Position numbers and translations under genes: made by a program
In this document: in pieces, positions 40,401 to 53,740 of the stretch
Position numbering within the stretch: position 1 is the first letter of the stretch
Layout: every line of letters begins with the position of its first letter
Source of the DNA: Curvularia clavata
Taxonomy: Eukaryota
Direction of reading: 5' to 3'
Length of the DNA stretch: 64,000 bases
NCBI GenBank assembly: GCA_023920165.1
Contig: CP089274.1
Location: 5,394,001-5,458,000, forward strand
Notes under the pieces: model-generated
Told to the model about the DNA's origin: nothing
Seen by the model: only the letters and a program-made list of their open reading frames with translations
Databases searched by the model: none

Positions 40401-43278
40401 TGACGAATCCAGTGACCCACCGCAGAACCCGCCTCTCATACTTTACCCCGCAGTCTAGAATATCTGCTCCGCGTGAACCGCCGCGCTTTGCCCATGTCAC
40501 GATTCGGTCAATACATCATCTGTTCATGCTTTGCGACCATCGAAGATTGCGTATTGCGTGTTTTTTTCTTGGTCTGGCATGCATACCCTGCTCGGTGGAT
40601 TCCGATACCCTAAACTCTGTGACGAACGAACCATGATCAAGATGAATGATGGGGGCGCTTGGATCGAGCGATAGAAGTCGCCAACGTTGTTGTTGGTGGT
40701 GGTGGTGGGGTGTCAGCTGGACAAGTCCTGTTTGCTGAAGAGGGTGTGCTTGGGCTGCAAAAAACTCGACTTTGTAGGCGCCTGCACATATGCGCAGTCC
40801 TTTGATTCGTCCTACTTTTTAGAATTACAGCTGGAAACGCTGGGAGTGGTGGAAAAGTACGGTCAGCAAGGTGAAGTGTTCGTTGCCGGTGAAAAAAAAA
40901 ACGTGTTCGTCGGAGCGTTTACAGATGTTGGTTTGACAGGCCCGACCGAGTACGATACACAGCTCCCTGCGATACGTACAAACTTTCGGAATTCGCCGGT
41001 ACAAGGGTCACGTTGAAGATGTCGACAAGCCATCATACTCTTGAACTATTGTCTTGTCTACCGAAGCGCATCTCTATTGTACTAACCTTTCATGTCGCCA
41101 AACTCTATGCGCCAACAAACGTGGATCCTATAAAATACGTCACTAGCCTACAAAGCCGCTCTAGCCAGCTACCCCTCCCCTACCCTCCCCCTCCAACCAC
41201 CAAGCTCCGTTCCGAAGCCGTCCCAGCCCGTCCCAGCCAAGGGACATCCCGCTCCCTTCCCTTCCCTCTCACCACGTGCTAGACCTGTCAGGCTAGTGAG
41301 GACTACCCGTTTGTTACTTACGTACACCATCACGCTGCATAAGCGCCCTGTGTCACACCTCCATCATCGCCCATCATCATTGCTATCAGCAAAGGACTAT
41401 GAGTATGCAAGCATGACATACATACATCTTACCATATTCTTGGATAATCAAGCACAATCATACAGCTGTACCATAGCCGCTGGGGATCGTGCTATTTTCA
41501 GCCGTGATAGTCATGGTGCAGGCAGGTGGGGGTTGGTTCAACGTGTAAGAAACACGGGATGCGACTATTTTGGTCTAATCAGATAAATCGACAACGGTGC
41601 CATCCTACATGATGATTCGTGGGATCGACGTAGGTTACACACAGCTCATGCATGCATACAGAAATACATACACGTACTTGTACCCAATAAGCCCGAGGGG
41701 AGGGGGGGGGAGGACAGAACGACAGCACCGCGCATGCGAACGGCCTTCTAGCGGCTTGGTATGTGTAATTGCTTTTTTTCGAAGGATTGCAAGGAGCGTG
41801 TGATGGGCGCTTGCGCCGCGTGCGCGATAAGGAACTCCTATACCGGAGTCCTTTTTTAAAGAAGAGGAGATATGCAGGCGGGTAGCTGGGAGTGCAAGCA
41901 AAATGGGAGGGCGAGGGGGCTGACATAGATGCTGCGGCTTACCTACATACATTCTGCACGTGTGGCTAAGTGCAGTAGTTACATGATACAGCGTGGTACA
42001 TGTACATGTTCATTGGAGTCAGCTCTGTTATCAGTCAGTGCGGCTGAAGATTATTTTTACGCATCTCGGGAAATTACTCGACTTCGACTTAGATGGGAGA
42101 TGAGAGATGGAGAGTCGGGTACGATGCGGACATGGTTGGCTTTTGTGGGGTTGTGAACGAGGCTGTTCAGGTACAACTTTCTCTCTCCCTTGACTTGCCG
42201 AATTGAGCGGGTCTCCCTAGCACATCTCTTTCGTGCGTGGGGCTCTTGTATCTGCCTGCTCCTCAGCGCGATATATCAATGGCCCAAGATACGCTCTCCT
42301 TACGAAAGAAGCCTGGGTGATGGAAAGGATACGAGCACGTGTACCGTTGTTGTGTTTCGTATCCTGATCCTGTTCTCCTAGTACTAGCAAAACATATGAG
42401 GCGAAAACGGTGAAATTGTACATACATATCTTAGATCTCTAGATATGATTATGTCGACATCGAGTATTCATTACAAAGTAGAGTAAACCAGTTCATTTCG
42501 AATGTAAGAGAGAAAAAAACTTAGAAGCAGGCGCATACTATGTGAAATCACAGTCTTCGTATGGACATATCAGCAAACAAGAATACCAGACGCTGCAGTA
42601 AAGACACTGATCGTGTGCTACCATATCTTCTCCCTTTCCCATTCCCACCGTACCGGTGTTTTATTTCTTCCTTCGCATTCTCTCATGCGATGGTGTGGAA
42701 CACCCTCTTACCGCAACCTGCATGATTGACAGATCTATCTGGAGATCTCAAAGAAAAAGAAAAAGGCCCGGCCCGCAGATGCAATACTGGAGGCTAATCA
42801 CACACACACACACACCAACCGCATTGAATCATGGCCCATTTCGCTACTACTTCTAAGCAGACCCGGCTCCTCATGTTTCCAAGTGCCTGCCCGATAAGAA
42901 AACAAAGAGTCCAAGAGCCTCTGGCTAAGCAGGGTCATTTCATCGCACTAAGCTGCGGTATTCTAAACAGAGCACACTGAATTAGTACATGGTGTACTCC
43001 GATACGCATGATGACGAAACGGGGAACTTTGTATTTGCCCCAGTATCCCGGGATAGTAAGTACTAAAGTATGCATGTAGTAGCTTGGAGACCAAAAAACA
43101 TGGTATTAAACTACAATGTCGGTACATTGCCCTCACATACTGCGGGAATTGACAAATTCCATGCCTCATGAACCTATACTTCCATGCATCCACCCCAAGT
43201 GACTGCATGCTCAAGCAAAGAATCGCCAAAGAACAGTGAAAGAAAGCATATTCACATACTCACATACCTCATATCGCA

Positions 43279-46040
43279 CTATCGCCTACCAGTTCGTTCT
43301 GCAAGTCTGCGTTTCCGTTCCGCCATTAGCTGTTGGTGAGCATGTTGTTGTGCCTCTTGCGCACGCCGTGCTGCGTCTTGCGCATGGATTCTTTCAAGGA
43401 CCGCATCCTGCCGCTGCATCAAGTGGGCCAAATGTTGCTCGTGTTGAGTCCATTGCTGCCGTGTTCGCACCATCTGCTGCTCGTTTTCCTGGGTTACTCG
43501 GTGCCTCAACTGCTCCCTTCGGTTCGCGTTTTCTTGGGCCTGTTGGAGCCGCGCTGCAAGATTGAGTTCACGACGAGGAACATGAGGACCTGCTTCATGA
43601 AAGTAAGCAGCAAAATGGGCTCGTTCTTGAGCTCTCTCACCTCTGGCAGCTTGAAGCTGGGCCATCTGCCTCAAGTTCTGAATGGCGGCTACAGCTCCAG
43701 GTCTAGTAGTGTTGGTTAGGCAGATGATATGGATGGTAGTGTGGGCATGGTGCAATGAAAGGACAAGAGAACGGATAGTGATATGGTTGCTGATGCATCC
43801 ATGGGGCATGGTAGTAAATGGGCTGAAAACGAAAGACTAGTGGGTGGGGATATACATACTGAGGTGCTGGTCGTGGCTGGAACGCTTGGTGAAGTGGTTG
43901 CTGAGGTTGATGTTCGACCATGTGGTAAGGAAAAGCGTGCGCTTCGGCTTGCACTTGACCTCTGCGTGCTTCTTCTGCTTGCTTGACCTGGTCGGATACT
44001 TTAACCATTAGATCTGCGTCTGATAAGCCCGGATTATCTGCTCGAACTTTGGCCATAGCTTCACCAGCCGCTCTCTTGACTTCTTGTTCATGACGCTCTT
44101 CAATGTTTTCATGCAAAGGACATTTGCCTGCCTGCGCTTCACCAAAGTGGCTATAATCGGTTACGTTCTTTGAGCAAACGTAGCTGGATGAGAGTCAGCA
44201 TACGGTCACTCGGAAATCAGCTCTCAAACTTACCACTGCATATTCCTACAGTGTGTGCACGTCATCTTGTTGCAGCCAAATTCTTTGATGAATGGATGCT
44301 TGCACCTGTTGCAATGACGTATCAAGGCTGCTGACATGGCTTCCTCGACAACGTGTCGCAGCGTAATCTGGCCTTCCTTCTTGAATTCCTCACAACTGAG
44401 TGGAATATGAGATTCTTTCTGGCAAAGTCGGCAACTTGTCTTGCTACACTTTGGGTTTTGACAACGAAACTCCTTGTCGAATTCGACGGGTGGGCACTCC
44501 ATCTTGAAATCGCAGAATGGGCACTCGGAAAGAAAGTCCAAGCCTGCCGCTGCAAGGTCCTCCATCTGCTGCATATGCTCTAGTCGTTCGAATGTCTTTT
44601 CGCTCAGGACATCTTGTAGCTGTCCGCGCGAGAATGTGCCGTCACAGCCGTCGACGCCAAAGCATTTGGGCCTGCAACAGGATTGCCCCATCTGCGTCTC
44701 TATTTGTTGGCATACACAGTTTTTGCAATAGAGATGCACCGTATCTCCGTTACAACTAATCATGCGATTGAGAGGCACATCTTCAAAGCAGCATGCGCAC
44801 TCGCCCATCTGGTTGTTCATTCGCGCGTGATCTAGATTGGCTTTTTCAGCGTCTTTTGCTTCTTGAAATTTGCGGCGTTCTGCTGGCAGCTGTTAGCTTA
44901 AAATAATGACATGCGAGCACTAGGCATATCTTGTGATAGACCTGGCGTATGTCTGGAGATCTGCGCATTCCGCAAAGGGGCTTACCAGCTTCAATCTCAA
45001 TCTTCTTCTTCGCTGCGTGTAATTCCTTGGGGAGCTGACTGCCCTTCTCGATCAACTGAAGTTCGATACCGCGCTTGTTGCGGGATTTGGTAATTTTGGT
45101 AAACGATCGAGCAATAAGCTCGTAGTCGCGCAATTGTTTCTCGAGGGTGCCGTAAGCTTTGTAAATTGTCTTATGTTGCTGGATGGTCGTTGTGATATAT
45201 CGTACAGGTACGTAGGGAAATTCATCTTTGAGGAGCTCTATGCTGTCAATGCTGTCAGTGAGATGAAGCAGGAAATACAGCTATACACTGCTCCCATATT
45301 CAATCTGCTATTCAATTCCTGGCGTGCAATGTATATGAGGAATGTTCAATGATGCCATGAGTGAAAGGAAGTGCACTTGAAGTATTTTCTGGAAGCGAGT
45401 CCGCAATCCTTGGCTCGTATGGTACAAGCAGTTCACCATTGCCAACATGTCATACGACGTGCGCTGTAGGAGTGTGAATGGATACTTACGCATCATGCTC
45501 ATAATCGCCAATCTCTGGGTCACGCTCTCCCTTCTCATAAGCGCTCAGCTCATCCTCATCTTCACCCCCTCGCTTTCTCTTCTTTTCTTTTGCTTCCTTT
45601 GGGTACGGCTCGCCTTCTAGAAGTTCGGCGATGAGCTGCTCGCATCTGGTTATTGTCCGTGTATGGTTTGCCGTCCTTTGCTGAATGAATTTCAATGCGT
45701 ATGCTGTTGAGATGTCTGGCAACACGCTAAGAACCGTTTGCAGACACTCAAACTCGGTAATCACATGGTCTTGCGCACTCGAGCCAGGATCTTGACCATC
45801 AGGCTGTAGTCTGGGAGGGTCGGAAGGTGGCACATCAACATCCGGGATGGCAGCCAAGTCGATTACTTCCGGATCTACGACTGGAAATGACTCATGGGGC
45901 TCTGCAGTGACTTCACCAGTGCCTGTGTAGTCCTGTTCGAACAACGCTTGTAGTTGTGTGTCGCCATCGCCGTCATTTTCAGTCTCACTATCTGAAAGAA
46001 CGATGATTTCTCGACTCGCACGAAGGTCCGATGGGGCCAT
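43279..46040 (-). CDS. RBR (RING-IBR-RING) E3 ubiquitin ligase, TRIAD3/RNF216-like (5 exons)
   Basis: RING1 is ECACCFED...HLYCKNC, IBR is CPFCDF...FRCQNPKC...SCRLCQKESHIPLSC, and RING2 is CNRCKHPFIKEFGCNKMTCTHC...|YVC. SIM-like IIVLSDSE and VIDL occur in the N-terminus. GT-AG introns join the ORFs, and the last one (43859-43703) leads into a Q-rich tail. Confidence 0.88.
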
Positions 46041-47672
46041 TGGAATGTCTACAAGGCTTCTGGGGCTGCTTGCATATATGAAAAATCGAGTAGAGTTGCG
46101 GTGACTGAAGGCTGAGCGGGCAAAACTGGTACCATCGGCTGTGGCTATGAGGAGACTCTTGTTCAGACAGTTGGTGTTGAACCAAGCAATAGAAATTAAT
46201 TTGTACTTGTTTGTGTGGTGTGGTGAAAGAGGAAGACGGCGAAGGACAAACGGGTGTAGTGTTTACGTGAACAAAACCAGCCCACTTTCACTTGGATGCA
46301 GCCTTGCCAGTCACCTGACCAACGCCCGGCGGCTCCCCGCAGCCAATGGTTAGTGGATGTGAATGGGAATGAAAACAAGAAGACTGGATTAGGTTGAGTT
46401 GCGGTTCAGTGTGTAAGACAGCGAATGCTCCAGACGTAAGCAGGGTGCTCAAGGAGCAATCGCGGAGGAACAGCGGAGTGGGCCACGATGCGACCGAACA
46501 CTGAGTTGAGGCAGCCGCTCCCTACCACGACAGTGCCCTCTATGCGCAGTCAGTGCAGTACCGCCAGCGATCAGCGAAAACAGACGGAGGGTGTTGCTAT
46601 GGGGAAATACCACAAGACCGACAGAGCTGATGATGGGATGTCGCTAGACAATAGAAGATAAAACGATTATTAGTACGCGTAAGAGATTAACTAGTAGTTA
46701 TACTCTCCTAACGAGATGAAGTAGAAAAAGAAAGATATTTATGTTTGAATATTATTATTTTTTCTCAAGTTTGTTGTTAGCATCTAGCCCAGTTTGAGCC
46801 AATCCAGCTGAGACTAGGTTCACGTATCCTAGCCCAGCTTAGTCACCTAGGCGTCAATAATGCCCATACATGTGGATAGTCTATACTCACTAAGTAGCTC
46901 ACAAGTGATTCGTCTTGTTAACATACATCTGTTTGCTCACAACTGTCTCTAATCTGTCTCGTGCTATACTCTAATCCAGCCAATAGTCTGACAATAGTAG
47001 TAGACACGTGATCTGACCGTACACGTGTCGTATAGAGTAGGCAAAGTCTACCCTATTATATAGAGTAATATTCATCTCTTAACCAGATAGCTAAGCTAGC
47101 TACTACCAGCGCCACGTATTATCGCCGGGGCTGGCTCACATGATATAGGTTGCGCCCAGACGAGGCGTTGTTGGTGACAAGCACCCATGTGCGATGTGTG
47201 CGGACACTAACCTTGGTGCGCCTATGGCTGGCTCATGCAAGATCTGAGGCTACTCGCGAATCGGACAAGGCGCACCTGACCTATGACACTCCGTGCTCGC
47301 TTTCCAACGGCATACGACGGGCCGCCAACAACGTCACGCATCGTCTGCTTGTCTTTGTGGGGAGAATACGGGGACAGGTGTAAGTTTGCACGGAGATCAA
47401 AGCGGAATAGACATGCGGGGTGCTCTAGAGCAAACCATAGACGAGACAACGGGTTCCTTTTCTTGCCTAGTACTCCGCCGTTGGATGCCAGCAGAGCCAA
47501 TCTGTTGCCATCGTGGACCCACAGCTTACTCGGTACGGTATCGTTCCTACGACGCCCTATGACACCCTGCGACAAGTGACAAGTATGCACCGGAACCTGA
47601 GCAGGCCGGGGTTATAAAGAACCACGCCATGCCCCAAGCTTGAGCGTTCTCGTGCAAGACACCAAAGCAATC

Positions 47673-48931
47673 ATGGCCATCACCGACAACCTCCCCAAGG
47701 GCGATTCCCCTTCGCTCGCTCTCGTCCACCCTACCGAGGCGGAGAAGCTGATGCAATTCACCCTCAATGCAGCCGAATGGCGCGGTGCTCTCAAGCTGCC
47801 GGCTTACCTCCGCCGTGAACAAGTTCTCGCTGAGACTGAAATGACACGCAACGGTGGCATCTCGTACTGGATCCTCGTTGACACTTCCCTACCCAACAAC
47901 CCTCTAGACCCCCAATCAGGCACTCGGCTACCGCTGGCCAGCTGCGAGACGTACCGAAAGAAGGCACTCGTATGGCAGGATGGAAAGGTCAAGGAGGTCA
48001 TTTGTCACGGTATCGGAAGCGTCTTCTGTGCCAACCATCTGCGGAAGCGAGGCTATGCACAGAGGATGATGACGGAGCTGGGTAACATACTAAGAACATA
48101 CCAGACCGAAGAGGCGGGCACAGAGTGTTTGTTTTCGGTCCTGTATTCAGATATCGGCAAGGTAAGCAGCTTCCGGTATGCACACCGGCAGTCTCTAACA
48201 AGGACGGGTAGAAATTCTACAACAGCTTCGGCTGGGAGCCGTTTTCGTCATCGCACGTCTCTATTGCTGGCAAAGTTAGTCACGACACAAGCAGCCTGCC
48301 CACAGCGCGTCCGCTGTATGCACAAGACCTGCCAGAGCTGTGCGACATTGATGTAGCGTCTGTCCGGCGCAATCTGGAATCGCGACCAAAAGGCAGCAAT
48401 ACAGCCGTGGCGCTGATTCCCAACATTGAGACAGTCCGGTGGCACCATGCGCGCGAGGAGTTTGTCGGCAACGAGCTACTCGGCAAGATGCCCCAGATCA
48501 AGGGAGCTATTGTTGGCGCAGAGAAGGGCAAGCGAGTGTGGTGCTACTGGACGCGCATGTGGTACAACCAGGATCCAGCCGAAGCAAAAGGCAACACGCT
48601 GCACATCCTGCGACTGGTCATCGAGGATGGCGGTTGGGAAGGCACCTCGAGCCATGGCAACGGAGCCGCCCAGGATCACAGCCACGATGCTGCTATTGCG
48701 GCGTTGATGGCCATGGCGCAGCGCGAGGCAGAGGAGTGGAAGATGGAGAATGTAGAGATGTGGGCGCCTACGCCCGCAGCGCTTGAAGCAGCAAAGCGAC
48801 TGGATCCAAATGCCAAGCACGTCGATAGAGATGTTGAGAGTATCGCCAGCCTGAGGTGGTTTCCCGAGCACGAGGGCCCGGTGGCAGACAAGATCGACTG
48901 GATGGAGAATGAGAAGTACGCGTGGTGCTAA
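47673..48931 (+). CDS. GNAT-family N-acetyltransferase, LYC1 (lysine acetyltransferase)-like (2 exons)
   Basis: Exons 47673-48161 and 48212-48931 carry EWRGAL...YLRRE, LASCET, the acetyl-CoA motif IGSVFC...RKRGYA and SVLYSDIGK|KFY...GW. The protein ends WMENEKYAWC. Confidence 0.88.
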
Positions 48932-50211
48932 TCGCCGCGCCATAGACTGAAAGCGCGAGCATATGGCGTATCTGGTGTTTTGAAATAGCAAACCTTGACT
49001 AATCAAGCATTCATGTTCTGTTGTTCATCTCACGTTTCTTCCTCAATGAACTGGGCTCAGCCAGAAACACCGATGAAAAAACAAAAACAAAAGCCTGTCA
49101 GATTGCCATCAACGTCCTGCCTCGTGGAGTGACCGAAGTACACTACCAGTCGGCTGAAGATCATCGCCACGCTCGCCGAAGCAAGTCGTAGATAAGGCCT
49201 CACTCCGGGACATCGAGGCTGAAAGTCATCAACCAGGTTGGAGATTCTGCAGCTACTTAGAGTAACTCAGAGAGAGAAGCATACTATTAGAAATGATTCT
49301 ATGAAGTATGATCGTGCCGAGAGAAAGAGGGACACGGGGGCGAAGGGTATTTAAGCTCGAGAATGCTTGGCAAACACGCTAGCGGCATAGACCACAGACA
49401 CGCAAATTTTCGCGTGCAGCGAGAGAATTTTCAGCCGATGTTTTGCCGGACCCACGGTTTGCCGAGTCGTTCCGTGGCTCTGTTCACCACTGCGCACCTG
49501 CGTTGACCAAAGAGTGTTCATCTGAACTCCACCACCCCGTTTGCAGACAATATTTTCATGTGAAGAAGAAATCTCTGCTTGCTGGCAGCAACACGTGCCT
49601 CTCTCCGTCCTGACTCTACTCCGAGTACCCAGCCGTTGTGTTGGAAGACGCCGAGGTGGCCGACTTCCTTGTGCAAAAGTGCTTGAGATTGTGGGACGGA
49701 TACAAGAGGTGTACGTAATCAAGCAGGCGGCTTCTCGATCCATGGTACGACTCCATGGGAATGTTTGGCCTCGTAGGTACAGCGCATGTAATCTGATTGG
49801 ACTTCATCTTGAGTGAAGAGTATTACCTGCCCGGTTCAACCCGCGAAAGCGCTACATACTGCCAGACATACAGTGATTTAAGGCTTTAGCTACTTGAATT
49901 ATTCTCGACGATTTTACTCGCAAAATCTCTAGATAAGAGCGATAGTATTGTGATAAAGGCAGTGATTGATTGATACATGAAGCATCGGCTAGGCTACCTC
50001 TTGCTGAAAACGAGCTCCTTTGTGTAACGAAAACGTATCAGCGACCAATGTATCTTACCGTGTAAGACAAATTCCAATGCTTGCCGTATATTGGAAATAT
50101 GATGTCTAGCACAAGCTTCTGTTTGATCATTCAATATGCCTCGCCCTCGTAATCCAAACCCTTATTTTCTCTCTCAGAACACCAGCAAGCCTGAAATCCC
50201 AATGGAAAGCA

Positions 50212-50663
50212 CTACCGCGGCACCGAAGCCGACAACAGCGGAGTGTGGCTAGAATCGGGATTCTGGCACTTCTTTGGAATCGGCATAATCTTCCGAAACC
50301 TCAGCCGTCTTTGAAAGGCTGGCCTACGAGGGATCTTGTGCTTTCTGCGGTAGATGATGTAGTGGTAGCATTCCATTTGTTCTCTAGAGCATCGGGGATC
50401 CCATGATATGAAAGCATATGGGTCCAAATCTGGATGTGGCATTGGTACCATCTTCCTGTCGCAATTGAAATAACTGGAAATGCTGTTGGCCTAGCGATGC
50501 CCGCTATCGAAGAGGGTTGCACATCGGCACCACTCAATGCAGTTGTCTCACACGCTCACCTACCCTCCAGCAGCATCTCGCCTCGATCAAGGAGGATCTG
50601 TGCGACATCCGCTCTCTGCCTCTCAACTGCCCTCTGAGCCGCTGACTTCTTCTGTCTAGCCAT
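50212..50663 (-). CDS. Possible small orphan gene (3' structure uncertain)
   Basis: A TATAAA lies about 50 nt upstream and the start context is gccATGg. Exon 1 is MARQKKSAAQRAVERQRADVAQILLDRGEMLLE, followed by GTAGGT/GTGAGC donors. The frame of the downstream exon is ambiguous. Confidence 0.35.
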
Positions 50664-52102
50664 GGCTTGATATGTGATGGCTTCAGGAATTAAGAAAGAA
50701 ATGAACACATAATTTATAAGAGAGTGGAAACGCGATGCAATCCGTGATTATATGTATGTGGCGAGTACAAAGTAAGGAATTGTTTCAGAAGAGGATGTGA
50801 AGCCCTTTCCTTCAACTACTGTCTTTACTCAGCACATAAATTCATGCTATACGCTAATCCCTTTGCCCTTTACAACGCCACAGCATAGGAAGATCAACGT
50901 GGATTTCACGTATTCTGAGAACGAGCTCGTTTTGGGGATTTTCTCTATATCCAGTAATCACGTAATACGCGTGCTTGCTCCTTAAATTGTCTTACGCTTT
51001 GCCTACAGGACGTAGCAAAAGTCAGCATACTTTAGCCAACACTCACATAGGGCCCTGAGCCATTGCGAATTATCATAGTTCTTCGCTATAGTAAGAATAT
51101 GAAATCGGGGCCCAGTGCCATATGGAACATTTGCCAATCCTTCTTCTTTCTCCTACAGTGGCTCACAGTGAAAATTCACAGGGGGATCAATTAAACCAGA
51201 CTCACTATACATGAAGCTACAATATCTCTCACGATTCAAATAACCGCATTCTAACAGCAGGGCCAGAAACAAAGTTTTACGACTCATTGCTGAAGTCTCT
51301 GTATTTGCCATAGAAGCTCATCATAGTAAAATAAATATTAAATGCAGCTATTTCCATCAGCTTAGTAATATTATTTTATTTTTTTAAAAAAGAGCTTTTG
51401 TATTTATCTCTAACAAACTAGAATAATTAATATTAAAGTTGCTAGTCACCAACTTGAAGACCAAGAAGTATAATACTTTGTATTTGCCTCAATACTCTAA
51501 AATGCTAAATATCGAAGATCGTATGCACTTGATTTAAGACCACAGGCTGGGAGCCTTTGTATTTGTCTCAAACCACCATTTTCAAAAGCAGCCGTAGTTG
51601 TCACAGTTATCTATGATTAAATCCACAACTCTGACTTTAATAGAAGCTGTAGTTATTACGGTTATTTATTATTTACATTTACAACTCTACTTTTAGAAGC
51701 AGCGGTAGCTGTCACAGGTTTTTTTAATTCATTATGTTGATGGCTTGTCTTGGTCCTGTAGGTGAGGTCGTTTTGATTTTCCGGCTGTACTAGTTGTACG
51801 AGTGTCTAGCCCCAAGGTCCGAGCATAAATAGTCAAGGTCCAAGCAGGTGGTGCCGACAAGTAAATTTGGTAAATTCTGAAGTCATACACGTCGTTCCAC
51901 ATCGAACCCATAAAGCCCAGCACAAGGGCTATGCGTCTCTGAGTCAGTGGAATCAGTGTTGTTGTAGCACGCACTCACTTACTCTCACTATACTGTATCT
52001 GCCACACGCACTTGAAGCGGCTCTCATCTCCCACGTCGTTGGTGCAAATGTCGTCACGTGTTTCTTGAATTATCTGAAATCACACAAACTCTACTTGCAC
52101 AT

Positions 52103-52996
52103 TTACGCGGGTGTTTGTGCGCACCGTGCAGCTTTGTTCGAGGCTCTATCTTGGAGTGGAGGCTTGGGTGCATTGACCATGCGTAACGGTATCAAGTGGG
52201 TCTGATGAGGAGACTGGCATGATGGAATGACAGCATGTTGTAGTTGCCACAGCATATCATTGACAGTCATGTGTGAAGTGGGTTCATACTGCGTATATCT
52301 GCATATACGATAAAGGACTTGGATATTTGATGGGTATCTCAATACATGGAAAAGAACAAAAAGAAAGTATGCATGCGCCCAAACAGCCTGTTCACCAGGA
52401 GCCGCCTTCACAACAGCCCCAAGGCTGAACTTGTTCCTGACGGCCTATTGTTACTATTAGTAGAACATTCTATATGAAATCCCCATTGGCGAAAAATCAA
52501 CTTCAATAATCTGAAGTGGACTTTGTAGACCAGACGGAAGGAAATTATCACTTACTGGGGCAGGCGGATCACCAGCTGCGGCGGCGGGCTCAGCGGCCTT
52601 CTTGGCGCGCTGGGCGCGCCTTCGGACAGTCTTATTCTACACTATGTAATTATGGTGCATGAGCATGAGGAATGGGTAAATTACGCTGGGGCCATCTTTC
52701 TTGGGGCCTTGCTCGCCCCCGACCCTCGTCTTGCTGTTATTGTTGTTGTTGCCGCTGCTGCTGCTGCTGTTGTTGCGGATGGCCTAGCTATGCATGCGTT
52801 AGTGTTCGGGACATAGGAGCTTCAATAAACAGTGGAAGAGGTATAGCGAAGAGAAAAAGAGCGAAACAGCTCCAGTAGATACAATTCTCAAAGTAGGTGA
52901 AGGGAAGAAGCAAGCAAGCGGGAATTAACTTACCTCAATGACGGCCTGGTCCGCGACGCCGTGCAGGTGGATGTTGGCGCCGGTGAATGTAGACGT
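52103..52996 (-). CDS. Small multi-exon orphan gene or pseudogene, paralog A (no ATG; candidate ACG start)
   Basis: Phase-0 exons 52996-52934, 52783-52685, 52636-52556 and 52444-(52103) have canonical GT-AG ends. The peptide is (T/M)STFTGANIHLHGVADQAVIE|AIRNNSSSSSGNNNNNSK...KKDGPS|NKTVRRRAQRAKK...PAP|AVRNKF... The 3' end is uncertain. Confidence 0.5.
52737..52775. repeat. Mixed (TGT)n/(GCT)n trinucleotide microsatellite
   Basis: The sequence ttattgttgttgttgccgctgctgctgctgctgttgttg encodes poly-Ser/poly-Asn in the paralog A model. Confidence 0.85.
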
Positions 52997-53740
52997 TTTT
53001 ATTTGAATGCGATTTTGTTTCGCACGATGTTTGTAATGTGTCACCGTAGTAATCTTGATCGATGCATTGGATAGTGATGAATGCCAATGCCATGAGAGTT
53101 GGAGGGAATTGGGCCACCTACAGAAGGTGGGGGCTGCCTGGGGAAGGTAAAGTGTGGGGAAGGAGGGATAGTGTACTTATGTCTCTATGGTGGCCACGGC
53201 GCCGGCGCGGATTAACCTACGGGGAGCTTGGAACACAGTGGCATATACAAGTAGATGAGAGTGAGGGTCAGGTATGAGTGAGCGGCTCGGTATAACACTC
53301 ATATTGATATGATACTGATAAGCTCAGCAGCTAGACTATAATTGTTCAAGCCAGTATACTAATGCTTTGTTATACCGCCAAAGGATTCTGTAATAGACAC
53401 AGAGGCTTCATATTATAGTGTCGAAGCGGATACATGCAGTCTTTGATATTTGTTGTTTCTCGTTGGTGTCCCAAATACGAGGCACAGTATCTTCTAGTAT
53501 TCAGTTTGCCAAATGGCCACTACCATGTTCACTGTTTTGGGTTGAGACGAATACGAATATTGCATATTTCCTGGTCTTCCATGAAAACTTATGTTAAGAT
53601 GCTGGGAAAAATACAAAGGCTCCATGTGTATAGTCTTCAAGCTAATGCGAGTCCTTCGATGTTTAGTATCATGTGCTACCATGGCAGATACAAGGCATGA
53701 AGAGAACAGAGCCTGCTTTGAACTTGTGCTATGTGTGTTT

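Noticed and set aside
45243..45489. H/ACA-like snoRNA in the 247-nt first intron of the RBR gene
   Set aside because: One hairpin and an ANANNA box exist, but the 5' stem has only about 4 bp and the ACA overlaps the branch-point region.
46775..46923. TGTTA...TAACA-bounded, TA-rich segment resembling a solo LTR or RIP relic
   Set aside because: There is no target-site duplication (TTTGT vs TACAT) and no second copy in the window, so a mobile-element call is unsupported.
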